Positions 39,101 through 48,466 of a stretch of DNA of 64,000 nt are shown piece after piece; position 1 is the first letter of the stretch; each line of letters starts with the position of its first letter. The position numbers were made by a program, and so were the translations under genes. The stretch covers positions 2,816,001-2,880,000 of the forward strand of contig OY843751.1 in the NCBI GenBank assembly GCA_963693055.1. Direction: 5' to 3'. This DNA comes from a bacterium. GTDB lineage: Bacteria; Zhuqueibacterota; Zhuqueibacteria; Residuimicrobiales; Krinioviventaceae. The notes beneath the pieces are model-generated. The model saw nothing but the letters and a program-made list of their open reading frames with translations, was not told the origin of the DNA and did not search any database.

Positions 39101-40808
39101 TATTATCACTCAAACCTTTCACGCCAAAGGCAAGACTACCTTGACCGCTACCACCAAAACCAGTAACCCCGCCCCTCCCAGAAAGGTTCTTGTTCATCGT
39201 GTCAAGTTTACCATTTGCAGATTTGATTTGTTTCTCAAGTTTTTCAGTTTGTTTCTGTAGTTCCTCTTGCCTTTGCTTTGCAATTTCAATGTTCATGTTA
39301 GCAAATTTTTTGCTTGTTACATCTATCTCAAGCCCTAACTCTGAATAACGTTTTTTCAATTCATCGGTAACGGTTTTCAATTCAATTTGTTGTTGCTCGG
39401 TTAAATCTTGTTCATTCCATAATGTGTTAAATCTACCCTCAAGGGTTTCAAGTGCTGAAATCTCTTCGCTTACACTATCAATTGCATTAACTTTGCTAGA
39501 CCAATAAACATTCATTGCAGAATTTACCGCTGTAATTGCCGCAACAATACCAGCCAAAGCCAAGCCCGCCGGGCCAAAAGGCAAGGATGTAATCATTGTC
39601 AATGCACCGCCTACAGCTCGAATCCCCTTAGCTGTACCGGCTAAACCACCCAAACCAACGGCTAAAGCTGACAGACTTGTAACAACACCCTTAACCGCTC
39701 CGGGGTGGTCGTTTAATACTTCAAGTAAATCTGTCATTATTGGTAAAGCGGTATTTTGTCCGGCTTCGATAAAAGCACCCACAACAACATTCTTTAATAA
39801 TTTAGCCTGATTTTCAAGAGTTCCCATTTGGACCTCAAAAGCCCGATCTGTGGCACCCATTGCGTTATACATGGCCTCGGTCTTTTGCCGCAAAGTATCA
39901 GATTGTGTTCCCGTCAATGCGTAATATGCAAGCATTGCCTCTTTACGGCCTAAAACTTTTCCAATAGATACATCGTATTTTTCCGTATACCCTTTGAGGG
40001 CATCCATAGCATTACCCAGGGTGCCAAACTTTTCAATCAGTTCTTTGCCAGAACCAACACCCAAAGCCTTAAAAGCCGCATCCATTTCGTTAGACCCTTT
40101 AATTAATGCGGTCATAACCGATTCAGCTTGAGTCATTACCTCGGATGTGTTTCCAGTAACACCCGTTAATGTTGCTGTAATACCTGCCAACTCTTCAAAG
40201 TCAATACCCAATTCAGATGCCAACGGAATAGCGCCCTGCATGGATGTTGCAAGTTCTGACATTTTAGTTTGGCCCAACTCGATAGTTTTAAACGCAATAT
40301 CTGAAATCGAACCAACCTCTGACCATTCGTAACCGTACCCTTTAACAACAGCACTAAACAAATTAAAGGTGTCGGATGAATCCGCCACACCTGCAATTGC
40401 ACCTTTTGCGGATTGTTCTAAAACTCGCAAGCTGTCAGATGCGGGTACAGTAGCAGAAACAACCTCATAACCCAAACCCGCCAAAGCTGTTGCGGTAATA
40501 GGAACGCTTTCAGATAATTCTAGCAGATCACCACTTAACTTTTTAAACCCCGCCGGGTCTCCGGTCATCAAGGTGCCTATATCTGCAATCTTAGATTCGT
40601 ATTGCCCCGCCGCTACAACCATAGCACCAAAGGCCGCCGTACCAGCCGCCAAAGCAACGGTTAAAGTTTTATTCATGTTTTTAGCAGAGTTTGCCGCCGC
40701 TGTATCCGCCGCCGTTAATCCTTGCTTGAAATTATCAAGGCCACCAATTCCCAAAAAGGCTACAATATCCCCAACACCCGCAACATTACCAAGTCCGCTA
40801 CCGAACAT
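36129..40808 (-). CDS. Tail tape measure protein (TP901-like core)
   Basis: 1559 aa, Ala/Gly-rich helical; FKTIELGQTKMSELA core; C-terminal FHSGG...NEFIL motif. Confidence 0.92.
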   Translation of the reverse strand: MFGSGLGNVAGVGDIVAFLGIGGLDNFKQGLTAADTAAANSAKNMNKTLTVALAAGTAAFGAMVVAAGQYESKIADIGTLMTGDPAGFKKLSGDLLELSESVPITATALAGLGYEVVSATVPASDSLRVLEQSAKGAIAGVADSSDTFNLFSAVVKGYGYEWSEVGSISDIAFKTIELGQTKMSELATSMQGAIPLASELGIDFEELAGITATLTGVTGNTSEVMTQAESVMTALIKGSNEMDAAFKALGVGSGKELIEKFGTLGNAMDALKGYTEKYDVSIGKVLGRKEAMLAYYALTGTQSDTLRQKTEAMYNAMGATDRAFEVQMGTLENQAKLLKNVVVGAFIEAGQNTALPIMTDLLEVLNDHPGAVKGVVTSLSALAVGLGGLAGTAKGIRAVGGALTMITSLPFGPAGLALAGIVAAITAVNSAMNVYWSSKVNAIDSVSEEISALETLEGRFNTLWNEQDLTEQQQIELKTVTDELKKRYSELGLEIDVTSKKFANMNIEIAKQRQEELQKQTEKLEKQIKSANGKLDTMNKNLSGRGGVTGFGGSGQGSLAFGVKGLSDNTKNLNDQLQASYDELEELDLYIKNKSVKSTNSLGTSVENLGTATGTAAGAAKALTDNLKTQPLVDIATVTGEARTVQKDYNEYLTNGALLVSGYRDKLAVLKDAHDVLKDPQQEHIDRLQSALDLYELTPDEQQAVKDAMDKLAGSTEAANYEWADYAGFLDQMIQKLPGIPEPIKSIGSSLATMVTSGFNPATVALGAINIGLELFGGSKEIVQYTVDDIIGNMGLLGDEILATQEIVDDLSQHFSSSLVETLEAQIDEYLQQIADLETIMQRIPETFRDSAEKNIAILEDLTEKAQQELAKLTAMFAGLYAFEGQKENIDYFVEESLRAFELLGPNYDYSGAIDLLNEQINMSLAIMATLDPQSEAYQLLAMSVYRAHGAVAVLNGEYATLDEYLIDHNIQLEDTTENVEEQTEAVKKLADMWELVHLAMFEGFDSATGKAAEANAILDQMEYYGIDFDETDMDERVGQIIKGMQDELSKLNPDSQAYKDLKAELDALIARMYDLQYGTDEMTTSTNNSYQEQQKEIEATREEVEALKNEINEKVELRAELKAEFDDLFQQRKDIIAEINEKQEAFDKIQLELELEMEGVQGKIDNLDIFSGFNDEGLQEYLMSKYQVTDMNELFGYNRDAFQNHFHQMFGGDTATIEPEQFKEKSILEMMQDHGNLGGFYELYEILEEITGVTKRLNIEWSGLLDNLFQDYDNFTSDMDLAADALSKLSYFGEDLEGSGVEGEINSAIVRMQDFLGTLDPDSEAYRDYKKQLDALIKQYQAMGGVIDRDAATEMFEQDVSDGGSYLQGILDELLGEYQQNEIEFTAEIQPLLDDLDVVDGKMKEVFDKIITLNVDISEAKNELKKLKIYLSGLEENEVKGRKNYDKRGNLVKFHSGGLNSDERLATVQANEFILRRDVTSKFGADRLAAFNNTLDSTVLGNSKGQINFNPVINPPTVIIKNPGPRTTWEYEYVDNTIQPRIKFNERNRQTTREPFKP

Positions 40809-40827
40809 AAATCAACCACCTCACAAT

Positions 40828-40872
40828 AAAAAACCCCGACCCAAATCAATAAATGATTATAGGCCGGGGTTA
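40828..40872 (-). terminator. Intrinsic terminator-like hairpin between the tail chaperone and tape measure genes
   Basis: AACCCCGGCC...GGTCGGGGTTTTTT on the minus strand. Confidence 0.6.
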
Positions 40873-40892
40873 ATGAAATTTTCTGTAATTTG

Positions 40893-41234
40893 TTATTCTG
40901 AATAAACCGTTACTGATCTTTCAGAATCTTGTTCAACAATCAATTTGCTATTTTTTTCAAAAATAGAATCAATATTAGCACCTTTAGTATTAGCGTAAAA
41001 TGTACAAGCAATATCCGTATAGTGCCTTTGTATCTTATATAAATCCCTCTCAATAAAATTCAGGATTTGTTCATCTGTGTTTACATATTCATGTAGTGAA
41101 TTTATTAGAAATGCCCGTCTGTACGGGTTTTCTAAATCGCTAATTAGCCGGGGGTCGAATGGGCCGTTATAATTAAACTTTTCAGCAATTGCAACTTGTA
41201 AATCCCATTCCGGTATTTCCCCGGCCTGTATTAG
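40893..41234 (-). CDS. -1 frameshift extension of the tail assembly chaperone (gpGT-like); absent from the ORF track
   Basis: Slippery A AAA AAC (41240-41234) just before the stop; -1 frame is open for 113 codons (LIQAGEIPEWDLQ...VTVYSE*) with no ATG. Confidence 0.8.
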   Translation of the reverse strand, partial: LIQAGEIPEWDLQVAIAEKFNYNGPFDPRLISDLENPYRRAFLINSLHEYVNTDEQILNFIERDLYKIQRHYTDIACTFYANTKGANIDSIFEKNSKLIVEQDSERSVTVYSE

Positions 41235-41866
41235 TTTTTTACTTTACTATTCACCTCACGCATTTTATTAGCAAGGCCCAAATAAGCACCATAAATGGCA
41301 GTTTTAACCTCTGGATTTACTGCTATAATTTCCCTGAATTGCTCTTGCTTTTCATAATCCGATAAAAGCAGTTCTTTTGTTTCTACACTTTTAATATATT
41401 TTGGAACAAATTCAAGCACCGCATGATCTTTGGTAGTATTCCTTGCTACTTGATGGGCTAAACTTTCAGGTCTTTTTTTGTTAAGTGATAACCTGAAATC
41501 CTGCACCTCTTTTAAAATCTGCTTGGTTGTTTTCTGCTGACCCTTGTCAAGTTTTTCATTTTCAGCTTTTAAAATACCCTCTCTCACTACACAGGCACCT
41601 TTTACATGGGCATCCCATTCGATTGTATTAATGGGTCTTTTTCCTAGCCCTAATTCAATATTATCAACAAGGGCCATCTGGTAGATTTTTTCTTCATCCC
41701 TTGCCATATTTAACCAATCCGACCCGGTTAAAAACGCCCGGATTGTATTACCCTCTGAAATAGGAATATCAAACTCGAATTTTACTACTCGTTCCTTGTT
41801 TGCATTAAATAACAAATCTAAAGGATTTTTCACGTCATCGCTGTTAATATCAACCACATTACTCAT
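41231..41866 (-). CDS. Tail assembly chaperone (gpG-like)
   Basis: Position between the tail tube and tape measure genes; ends in a slippery heptamer. Confidence 0.75.
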   Translation of the reverse strand: MSNVVDINSDDVKNPLDLLFNANKERVVKFEFDIPISEGNTIRAFLTGSDWLNMARDEEKIYQMALVDNIELGLGKRPINTIEWDAHVKGACVVREGILKAENEKLDKGQQKTTKQILKEVQDFRLSLNKKRPESLAHQVARNTTKDHAVLEFVPKYIKSVETKELLLSDYEKQEQFREIIAVNPEVKTAIYGAYLGLANKMREVNSKVKN

Positions 41867-41868
41867 TT

Positions 41869-42144
41869 TTAATTTCTCCCTGTAGCTTCTTTTACTTTGT
41901 CGTGTACATTTCTCTTTAACTCTAAATATTTTTCTTTTAACTGAATCGGGTTTACTTTAAACTCGGGCAATTTTATTTTGTCCGAAATATCTTTAGGTAA
42001 ATCATTCCAAACTATTGCAATAGTAACGGCCCGTTTAAAGCCGTTACTATGCACAGGAATAAAACTACTCGGTTCATACCCAAGCAAAATAATTGTTGCC
42101 GCTTCAAATAAACAGTCTGTACTATATGAACCTTTTTCCATCAT
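41869..42144 (-). CDS. Small phage protein (DUF5659-like)
   Basis: YSTDCLFEAATIILLG pattern, recognised by eye. Confidence 0.45.
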   Translation of the reverse strand: MMEKGSYSTDCLFEAATIILLGYEPSSFIPVHSNGFKRAVTIAIVWNDLPKDISDKIKLPEFKVNPIQLKEKYLELKRNVHDKVKEATGRN

Positions 42145-42152
42145 AAAGCCCT

Positions 42153-42959
42153 TTATACAACAGCTTTAGCGTAACAAACTTCTAAATACTCGTTAGCCTC
42201 TAAAGCGGTTTCAAGGGAAACAACGCCGGTAGATTCTGTTACACCATCAATCAAGCGGGTACCCTGAATGTCATTTGCACCCCATTTTTTGATATAAACA
42301 AAATTGTCAAGAACCCAGTCAATCAATTCGCCGTTAGCCGTTTTGGTAACCAATTTTACCGGGGTTGCGTTCAATGCAAAATCTGTAGCGCTCCCGTCTC
42401 CCTGAAAAACTTCGGTAACCAATTCAGCGCCTTTATTCAAAACAAATGGGTCAAATTTTGAATAAAAAGGCAATGACAACATATTGTTATCTTTTGCGCT
42501 ACCTGCATTGAAAGCCTTGAGTATAATGTCTTGATAAACAAGGGTCTGTTGTACGGTTTTTCCATCTTTAGCCCTTTGGACAACCTCAATATTTGCAACA
42601 GGTCTATCCTCAACCCTCGAAATAGGCAGGGCGTATTGACCTTCAGAACCCCAGGTTATACCCAATGTTTCCGCAAAAAACTCAACCGCATAAATAGCCG
42701 GTAACGAAAATGTCCCATCGAATTGATAATCTTGCCGAAATTTTGTTGACCTATTAAAGCTACCTTGCACAAAAACTTCAACCTCTGTATTCGGGGTGGG
42801 TGTATTTGCAGTAATAGCGTCAAGGCCGTTAATTGCAAAAGTAGAAACCGGGTTTGCAACAGTCTTTGAAATTGGATGAATCCGGGTTAAATTGTTTGCA
42901 CCTACATTAATTTTGGCTTCCACCGGTGTAGATACTTGGTAATTTCTCGCAACTGACAT
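42153..42959 (-). CDS. Major tail tube protein
   Basis: 268 aa beta-rich protein after the neck genes; C-terminal GDGSATDF accessory domain. Confidence 0.7.
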   Translation of the reverse strand: MSVARNYQVSTPVEAKINVGANNLTRIHPISKTVANPVSTFAINGLDAITANTPTPNTEVEVFVQGSFNRSTKFRQDYQFDGTFSLPAIYAVEFFAETLGITWGSEGQYALPISRVEDRPVANIEVVQRAKDGKTVQQTLVYQDIILKAFNAGSAKDNNMLSLPFYSKFDPFVLNKGAELVTEVFQGDGSATDFALNATPVKLVTKTANGELIDWVLDNFVYIKKWGANDIQGTRLIDGVTESTGVVSLETALEANEYLEVCYAKAVV

Positions 42960-42976
42960 TTTTAAAATCTCCTATC

Positions 42977-43456
42977 TTATGCCGTTAAATTAATAGTAAA
43001 TAAACATCTAAAATCATTATTATCTATATCTATGGGCCTATAATCATAAGAGTTGAATAATATGCCCTGTGTAAATAATGTTTGATCTGTAAAAGTATCC
43101 CCGCCCAACTCAACAGGGAATGTAATCTCATAAAACTTTTTAAGGTTATTAAAATAACTCAACATTTGCGATTCCATTATGTTAAGTTCTCCCGGCCCAC
43201 CGTGTTCACGGCCTACCCACAACCCAATTATTAAACTCCAATTATTTATATTCTCCCCACCCTGAAAACCAAATGTTGCAACCGGCTTGGGAGATTCAAT
43301 ATAAATTATCGGCTTTTCAAAGTTCTCAAAGATCTTTGTATCTGGGTAATTTAAAATAACATCCCAATCTGTAAATGGTGAAACGGTTTCACTCAAATAA
43401 TTAAACAGGGAATAAACTACCTGTTGTATGTCATCCACTTTATGAGACGTTCGCAT
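42977..43456 (-). CDS. Tail terminator/completion protein
   Basis: Synteny; KPIIYIE motif. Confidence 0.55.
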   Translation of the reverse strand: MRTSHKVDDIQQVVYSLFNYLSETVSPFTDWDVILNYPDTKIFENFEKPIIYIESPKPVATFGFQGGENINNWSLIIGLWVGREHGGPGELNIMESQMLSYFNNLKKFYEITFPVELGGDTFTDQTLFTQGILFNSYDYRPIDIDNNDFRCLFTINLTA

Positions 43457-43908
43457 TAACCTACCTTTTGCCCTGTGCGCCTAATGGCAAGGGTCAATTC
43501 ATAATTCCATTTATTCATAACAGCCGGGGCCAACAACCGTATGGGGTCTGACAAATAACGCCGGGGCTTTGTATATCTGTTTCCCTCATGTACATCTTTT
43601 ACATGCCCTGCAATACGTTCATCAAAGCCAATAGCTGTTAAATGTATAAAGTTTTCATATCTACCTAACACAGTAGTAAACCTAGCGTTAGATAAGTTTG
43701 ACGTTCTCCGGGGAATGGGTGTCTTGCCAATTCTGGAATCGTCTTTTCCTCTTACGCTTGGGTGTATGCCCGGCCCGGATATGTTTTTAATCACATCCTG
43801 CATTACTCTATCATTACCCCACACAACAGCTTTTTCTATCGCTTCGGGGTACATCTTGAGTATTTCCTCAACCTTTTTTGAGAAATTATTTTGAACGCCG
43901 TATTGCAT
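43456..43908 (-). CDS. Neck protein (HK97 gp10-like)
   Basis: PRRTSNL...VHEG....PRRYL motifs; synteny. Confidence 0.65.
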   Translation of the reverse strand: MQYGVQNNFSKKVEEILKMYPEAIEKAVVWGNDRVMQDVIKNISGPGIHPSVRGKDDSRIGKTPIPRRTSNLSNARFTTVLGRYENFIHLTAIGFDERIAGHVKDVHEGNRYTKPRRYLSDPIRLLAPAVMNKWNYELTLAIRRTGQKVG

Positions 43909-43909
43909 T

Positions 43910-44428
43910 TTATTCCTTTTGACTTAATACCACAAGTTGACCCACTTGGTCACTGGTAGAAAAATTAAACACATTTTTCACAATGTACTTTGTCCCGTCA
44001 TACAAAATATAATCGCTTGATTTGTTCAAAGTGGATAAATTCAAAAAAGCCCCGTCACTAACCCGGACGGTTCCGAACAATGCCAAATCACTCTCTTGAA
44101 TTTCTCCAATTTGTTCAAGTTGCTGTTTGTTTAATAGTCCAGACCCAACATTTAAAACCAAAGGCGAAAAGGTACCCTTGCATATTGTTTCTGTTGGTGT
44201 ACCGTCAATAATACCAGTACCCTTGCAATCCAATTCATCCGGGTTTAACCTGTGCCATTCTCGACTATATGAACCGTCTCGATATTCCAAGCAGGGACAA
44301 GAATCCCCGCCGGTCTTTTGGTTCAAAATAAAACTTTTACCATACGTCAACAGATTCACGCAAAACATTTCAAGGGGTGTCATAAACTCAAAGCCTTTCC
44401 CTTGAATGAATACGGCCTGATATAACAA
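43910..44428 (-). CDS. Head closure/stopper-like protein
   Basis: Synteny; CPC...CKGTG and DYILYDGTKYIV motifs; true start probably MTPLE. Confidence 0.55.
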   Translation of the reverse strand: MLYQAVFIQGKGFEFMTPLEMFCVNLLTYGKSFILNQKTGGDSCPCLEYRDGSYSREWHRLNPDELDCKGTGIIDGTPTETICKGTFSPLVLNVGSGLLNKQQLEQIGEIQESDLALFGTVRVSDGAFLNLSTLNKSSDYILYDGTKYIVKNVFNFSTSDQVGQLVVLSQKE

Positions 44429-44775
44429 TCAATTAAATACAAGTAATCATTGATTTCTTTATTCAATATATCAATCATTTCTTTTTTATCGTTAGCCGGT
44501 ATGGGCTTTATTTTAATCGGCCCTGCTACATGTTCACGGGTCGGGGCCGAACTAATAACCCTTTGTGCTACAAAAGCAATTTCCGCCGCTTTTGCAAGTC
44601 CTTTATCATTATCAGTTAACCCGGTAAAAGATTTACTATTTTTCTCTAATACCTTATTTAACCATATATCCCCCGTTGGTATGTACGGGGTTGTCTCTAA
44701 AAGAGAATCAGGAATTTCAACGGACGTCAAAACTCTCAAGCGATTTCTAACGTCCGCCGCTGTTATGTTTGCCAT
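44380..44775 (-). CDS. Head-tail adaptor protein
   Basis: ITAADVR N-terminus typical of SPP1 gp15-like adaptors; synteny. Confidence 0.6.
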   Translation of the reverse strand: MANITAADVRNRLRVLTSVEIPDSLLETTPYIPTGDIWLNKVLEKNSKSFTGLTDNDKGLAKAAEIAFVAQRVISSAPTREHVAGPIKIKPIPANDKKEMIDILNKEINDYLYLIDCYIRPYSFKGKALSL

Positions 44776-45200
44776 TATTTAAAAGTCATCCATTGAAAAG
44801 AAACCGCCCCGGTTGTACCGGTTTTATTTAAAGCAAAAAATAGTGTATCAGCCCCGGCTTTTGCCGTCAAAGTCTGTACTGAATCTGCATTGCCTGACAA
44901 TGTTGCAATTACTTTATCTGTAGGTAATGCGCCCGCACACAAAACGGTATCATAAGCGGCATTCACTGCAAAGGTATCTTTCCCTGCAATTGTTGAAGAA
45001 AAAGCCAAGCTATCCGAAAAGGTCGGGCCGCTCAATGTTTTGTTTGTCAATGTAAACACACCGGTTTTAATCCATTTTTCAGCTTTGGGCCATTGATCCC
45101 AAACGATACCGGCCTCACCTGCACCCCACAGGGGAACAGAAACCGATACAACCAAACCAACAAAAGCAATTGAAAGCATTAATAAAAGTTTTTTGTTCAT
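44775..45200 (-). CDS. Head-fibre/decoration-like protein with N-terminal signal peptide
   Basis: MNKKLLLMLSIAFVGLVVSVSVPLWGA signal; TLTNKTL fibre-type motif; directly after the capsid gene. Confidence 0.5.
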   Translation of the reverse strand: MNKKLLLMLSIAFVGLVVSVSVPLWGAGEAGIVWDQWPKAEKWIKTGVFTLTNKTLSGPTFSDSLAFSSTIAGKDTFAVNAAYDTVLCAGALPTDKVIATLSGNADSVQTLTAKAGADTLFFALNKTGTTGAVSFQWMTFK

Positions 45201-45224
45201 TTCAAGAAATCCTTTGTTATTGTG

Positions 45225-45253
45225 AAAAAGCGGGTGTTTATGGCACCCGCTTA
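45225..45253 (-). terminator. Terminator after the major capsid gene
   Basis: AAGCGGGTGCC-ATAA-ACACCCGCTTTTT. Confidence 0.75.
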
Positions 45254-45264
45254 ATTATCGGTTA

Positions 45265-46386
45265 TTATGAAGCGTCAAGCGCACCAATTGCGTTCTGGTC
45301 TACAACTGAAAAGGCCGAACGTTTAGAAATTACAGTCTTTACAGATTGATTTGTAATTACCTTGTCCGTCTCTTGCAGGTGAAATGCATCGTTTGTCACG
45401 TATTCAATCGCATTAGCAGAATCAACACCAATTACTTTATCAGGGTCAGAGATAACGTCTCTATCCCATTCAATAACTTCCGGCAATGTAAGGGATGTCA
45501 TTCCCCACTGTGCCGCCGGGTTAGACATATCGCTCAAAGCGTCCCGGATGTCAATTGCACGATCTTTTTTGGCTACAGCTTTATTTAGCTGGTATGGTTG
45601 CGGCAACGCAGACGCTAATTTAATAACGTCTTTCTTGGTTATAGAACCGCTTGTTTCAACTGATTGCGTATTATCCGCTAACAACCCGTTACTTGTTGAT
45701 AATGCACCGTCACCATTAAACAATACATTGATAAGGGCATCAGATTCCTGCAAACCAATTTGTTTACCCATCCTCTCGATAGCCAAAGCAAAAATATTAA
45801 TTCTTGCTGCCATCAGGATTTCATAACCATAATCCAAAGTTCTACCAAATTTACCCAAAGAAATATTTTGCTTTCCATGTTTAATGGTAGTTGTTGGAAA
45901 TTCGGTTTTACCTGCTACCTTTTTCCATTCACGATCTTTTTCTTGATCTTCAAGGTACAGTTTAGCAAAACTCAACTCGTCAATCCCTGACATTATAGCA
46001 ACAAGCCTGGGGACAATAGAACCCTGCAAAGAACCTGCATAAACTCTGTTGGAAATAAATTCAGGGAACAAAACGCTTGTACCCGAACCAACAAAAAATT
46101 TATCCACTTTATCTGTATACATTCCAAACGCTTTAACGTCATGGGCTTCTAACTGCATTTCAAAAGCAGTTTTAGGAACTTCTTTTCCCTGCTTGGCAAG
46201 GCTTGCTTGTTTTAAAGCAACCTCAAAATTCGTAAGGCCAAAATAGGGCGTTGGTTCCATTCCTTTTTCTATTTGGTATTCCTCAAGCCAACCGGAAAAG
46301 GATTTTCCAGTCCTTGCGGCTTGCTCATACATACCCACCTCAAGGGGGATACGTTTAATTCCGTTTACTTCTTGCATTGCTGGCAT
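45265..46386 (-). CDS. Major capsid protein (HK97 fold)
   Basis: 373 aa; LFPEFI and KFGRTLDYGYE motifs; follows scaffold and decoration genes. Confidence 0.85.
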   Translation of the reverse strand: MPAMQEVNGIKRIPLEVGMYEQAARTGKSFSGWLEEYQIEKGMEPTPYFGLTNFEVALKQASLAKQGKEVPKTAFEMQLEAHDVKAFGMYTDKVDKFFVGSGTSVLFPEFISNRVYAGSLQGSIVPRLVAIMSGIDELSFAKLYLEDQEKDREWKKVAGKTEFPTTTIKHGKQNISLGKFGRTLDYGYEILMAARINIFALAIERMGKQIGLQESDALINVLFNGDGALSTSNGLLADNTQSVETSGSITKKDVIKLASALPQPYQLNKAVAKKDRAIDIRDALSDMSNPAAQWGMTSLTLPEVIEWDRDVISDPDKVIGVDSANAIEYVTNDAFHLQETDKVITNQSVKTVISKRSAFSVVDQNAIGALDAS

Positions 46387-46429
46387 CTGTGTAACTCCCA
46401 GTTTATTTTAAATTCAATTTCCGGACGTA

Positions 46430-46879
46430 TTAAAACAATACATCTACAGTTTCATTTGCGGTATCTTTGGCAATCACCTTGCCCCGTCCACCCTCTCCAC
46501 CGTCTTTTACAGCGTCATAGTCATCACCCGAAACAACAACAGTATCACCTATTGCAATAGTGCCGCTATATGCCAGGTTCGCAATAACACCCATACCATT
46601 ATAAGCGTCGTTTTGATCTTTGTAACTGAACAATTCAACACCCAACAGGTAAGACGTTCCATCTTTTTCAACAGTAACAAGCCTACCGTCAAACTCTCCA
46701 CCGTCCGCCGGGCTTGTTACTTCATACCCATTAATCCCGGTATAAGCAACAAGGCGACCCTCTGGGGTCTCATTGTTTGCCAATAGTGCGGTAATTTCAT
46801 CCTTGAATGTGGAATCAGGAATACAGGTAACTATTAACTTTTCCCCCTGATCTCCACCGCCAATACTCATATTTTGCAT
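46430..46879 (-). CDS. Capsid decoration/cement protein
   Basis: 149 aa acidic Gly-rich beta protein immediately upstream of the capsid gene. Confidence 0.6.
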   Translation of the reverse strand: MQNMSIGGGDQGEKLIVTCIPDSTFKDEITALLANNETPEGRLVAYTGINGYEVTSPADGGEFDGRLVTVEKDGTSYLLGVELFSYKDQNDAYNGMGVIANLAYSGTIAIGDTVVVSGDDYDAVKDGGEGGRGKVIAKDTANETVDVLF

Positions 46880-46922
46880 TTCAAAAACTCCCTAATTTAT
46901 AATAAATTTGTTTATTTCTGTT

Positions 46923-48458
46923 TTATCGGTTCAACACAGAAATATTAACCGGGGCCTGAAAACGGTTCGGGCCTTTGGGCTTTGCATTTTCTGCATTATC
47001 CGGGGTGTCTGGGTTAAATTTGCCGTCCGGTGGATTGCTTTTTTCATAGATGGCTTTATAGTCATCAATGAAATGTTGAATTTCAGAGACAGGCAGTTTT
47101 TGCATAAACTCAAGCCGTTTTTGGCCCTCATCCCCTGTGGGGATAATCTTTGCAAGTTGACCCAGTCTTAAGGCTTCGGCTGCTTTTTCAGCTTTTACGG
47201 CTGTTTCCATTTCTGCCAACGCTTTAACCCGTTCAATGGAATAGCTTTCACCAAAAACACCTTTGATTTGGTCAAGTTCGTTTTGAACGGCTGTTAATTG
47301 ATCTGTAGATTTTACTGCATCGGCTTCGTAAATATCTACAGCACTTTTAACGGCTTCAATAACCGCATTTTTAACAGCGTCCTGGGATTCATCCGAACCG
47401 ATCAACAAAGTTTTAGAAAATTTCTTTTCCTTAACTTCATAGTCAATTGTAATACTCTGTTTTGCCATTGTGTTAACCTCTTTTGAATTTTTATTATCAG
47501 TTACATTATTAAATTCCGGTACTTGTTCGCCTGCTAACACCTTGCAAATATTTTCAAGGTCATTATCAGAGAACGATAAAAAAGCCGGGTTATACGCTTG
47601 TAATGCACTTTTAAGCACCTTACGGGTACCCGCACCATATTGCGAACCAAGAAACACAAGTGAACCCTCTAACGCTTCGGCCTCTCTTGTATCTGCATTT
47701 TGATATTCCCAATATTCCACACCGTCCCCGTCCGGGGTCTTTACAGGGTCAAGAATGGGCGCACGAAATCCTATTGACATATCCCGCATAATCCCGGAAT
47801 CAATCTTGTCTACTTTTTCGGTATCAGTTGCAAGTACATAATACTTTGCAACAAGCCAATAAATAGCCCCGTCTTTTTTTTCAATTTTCGCTAATTGCTT
47901 TTTGAGGGTCTTGTCAGGGTGTCCGCCTACAAAATCAATTACTTCATCAATAGACATCTTTACAAGTTTGGCATCAAAAAAACGCCCCTCACCTGTACCG
48001 CCCCAATCATGCCCGTAAAGCAAAGCCCGGCCCGGCAAAGTTTTAACAAAGGATTTCAATACCTGTGCGGAAAAACGTTCCCGGTCACGGTCAACAAAAT
48101 TATGGGCTAAATATGACTTGTAAACTCTAAAGTCATCCATTGAAAACCTGTCAGGGTTTGCCATGTATTTTCTCATTAACTCAAAATCGGCTTTCGTAAC
48201 ATCAACAGATTTGGCCCGGTAACCTGCAAGGGTCTTATTCAACACATTGTCATTTTCAGGTACCGGTATAATGCCCTTTATAGATTCGATACAGTCCGCC
48301 GGGGCTTTAAATTCTCCACCGTCAAATCTTAATATATTTTCATCTTTCATATATATAACATTGTCCGGCAAACGCTCCGGGTTGATTTCAATACCCTTAA
48401 CGTCAAGCAAAAAACCTAACCCGTTCATGTGTTCAATTTTATCAATAAACTTTTTCAT
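46923..48458 (-). CDS. Prohead protease fused to scaffold
   Basis: VDRDRERF, GHDW, SIGF and EGSLV protease-like motifs plus a coiled-coil C-terminus. Confidence 0.8.
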   Translation of the reverse strand: MKKFIDKIEHMNGLGFLLDVKGIEINPERLPDNVIYMKDENILRFDGGEFKAPADCIESIKGIIPVPENDNVLNKTLAGYRAKSVDVTKADFELMRKYMANPDRFSMDDFRVYKSYLAHNFVDRDRERFSAQVLKSFVKTLPGRALLYGHDWGGTGEGRFFDAKLVKMSIDEVIDFVGGHPDKTLKKQLAKIEKKDGAIYWLVAKYYVLATDTEKVDKIDSGIMRDMSIGFRAPILDPVKTPDGDGVEYWEYQNADTREAEALEGSLVFLGSQYGAGTRKVLKSALQAYNPAFLSFSDNDLENICKVLAGEQVPEFNNVTDNKNSKEVNTMAKQSITIDYEVKEKKFSKTLLIGSDESQDAVKNAVIEAVKSAVDIYEADAVKSTDQLTAVQNELDQIKGVFGESYSIERVKALAEMETAVKAEKAAEALRLGQLAKIIPTGDEGQKRLEFMQKLPVSEIQHFIDDYKAIYEKSNPPDGKFNPDTPDNAENAKPKGPNRFQAPVNISVLNR

Positions 48459-48466
48459 TTCGGCCT

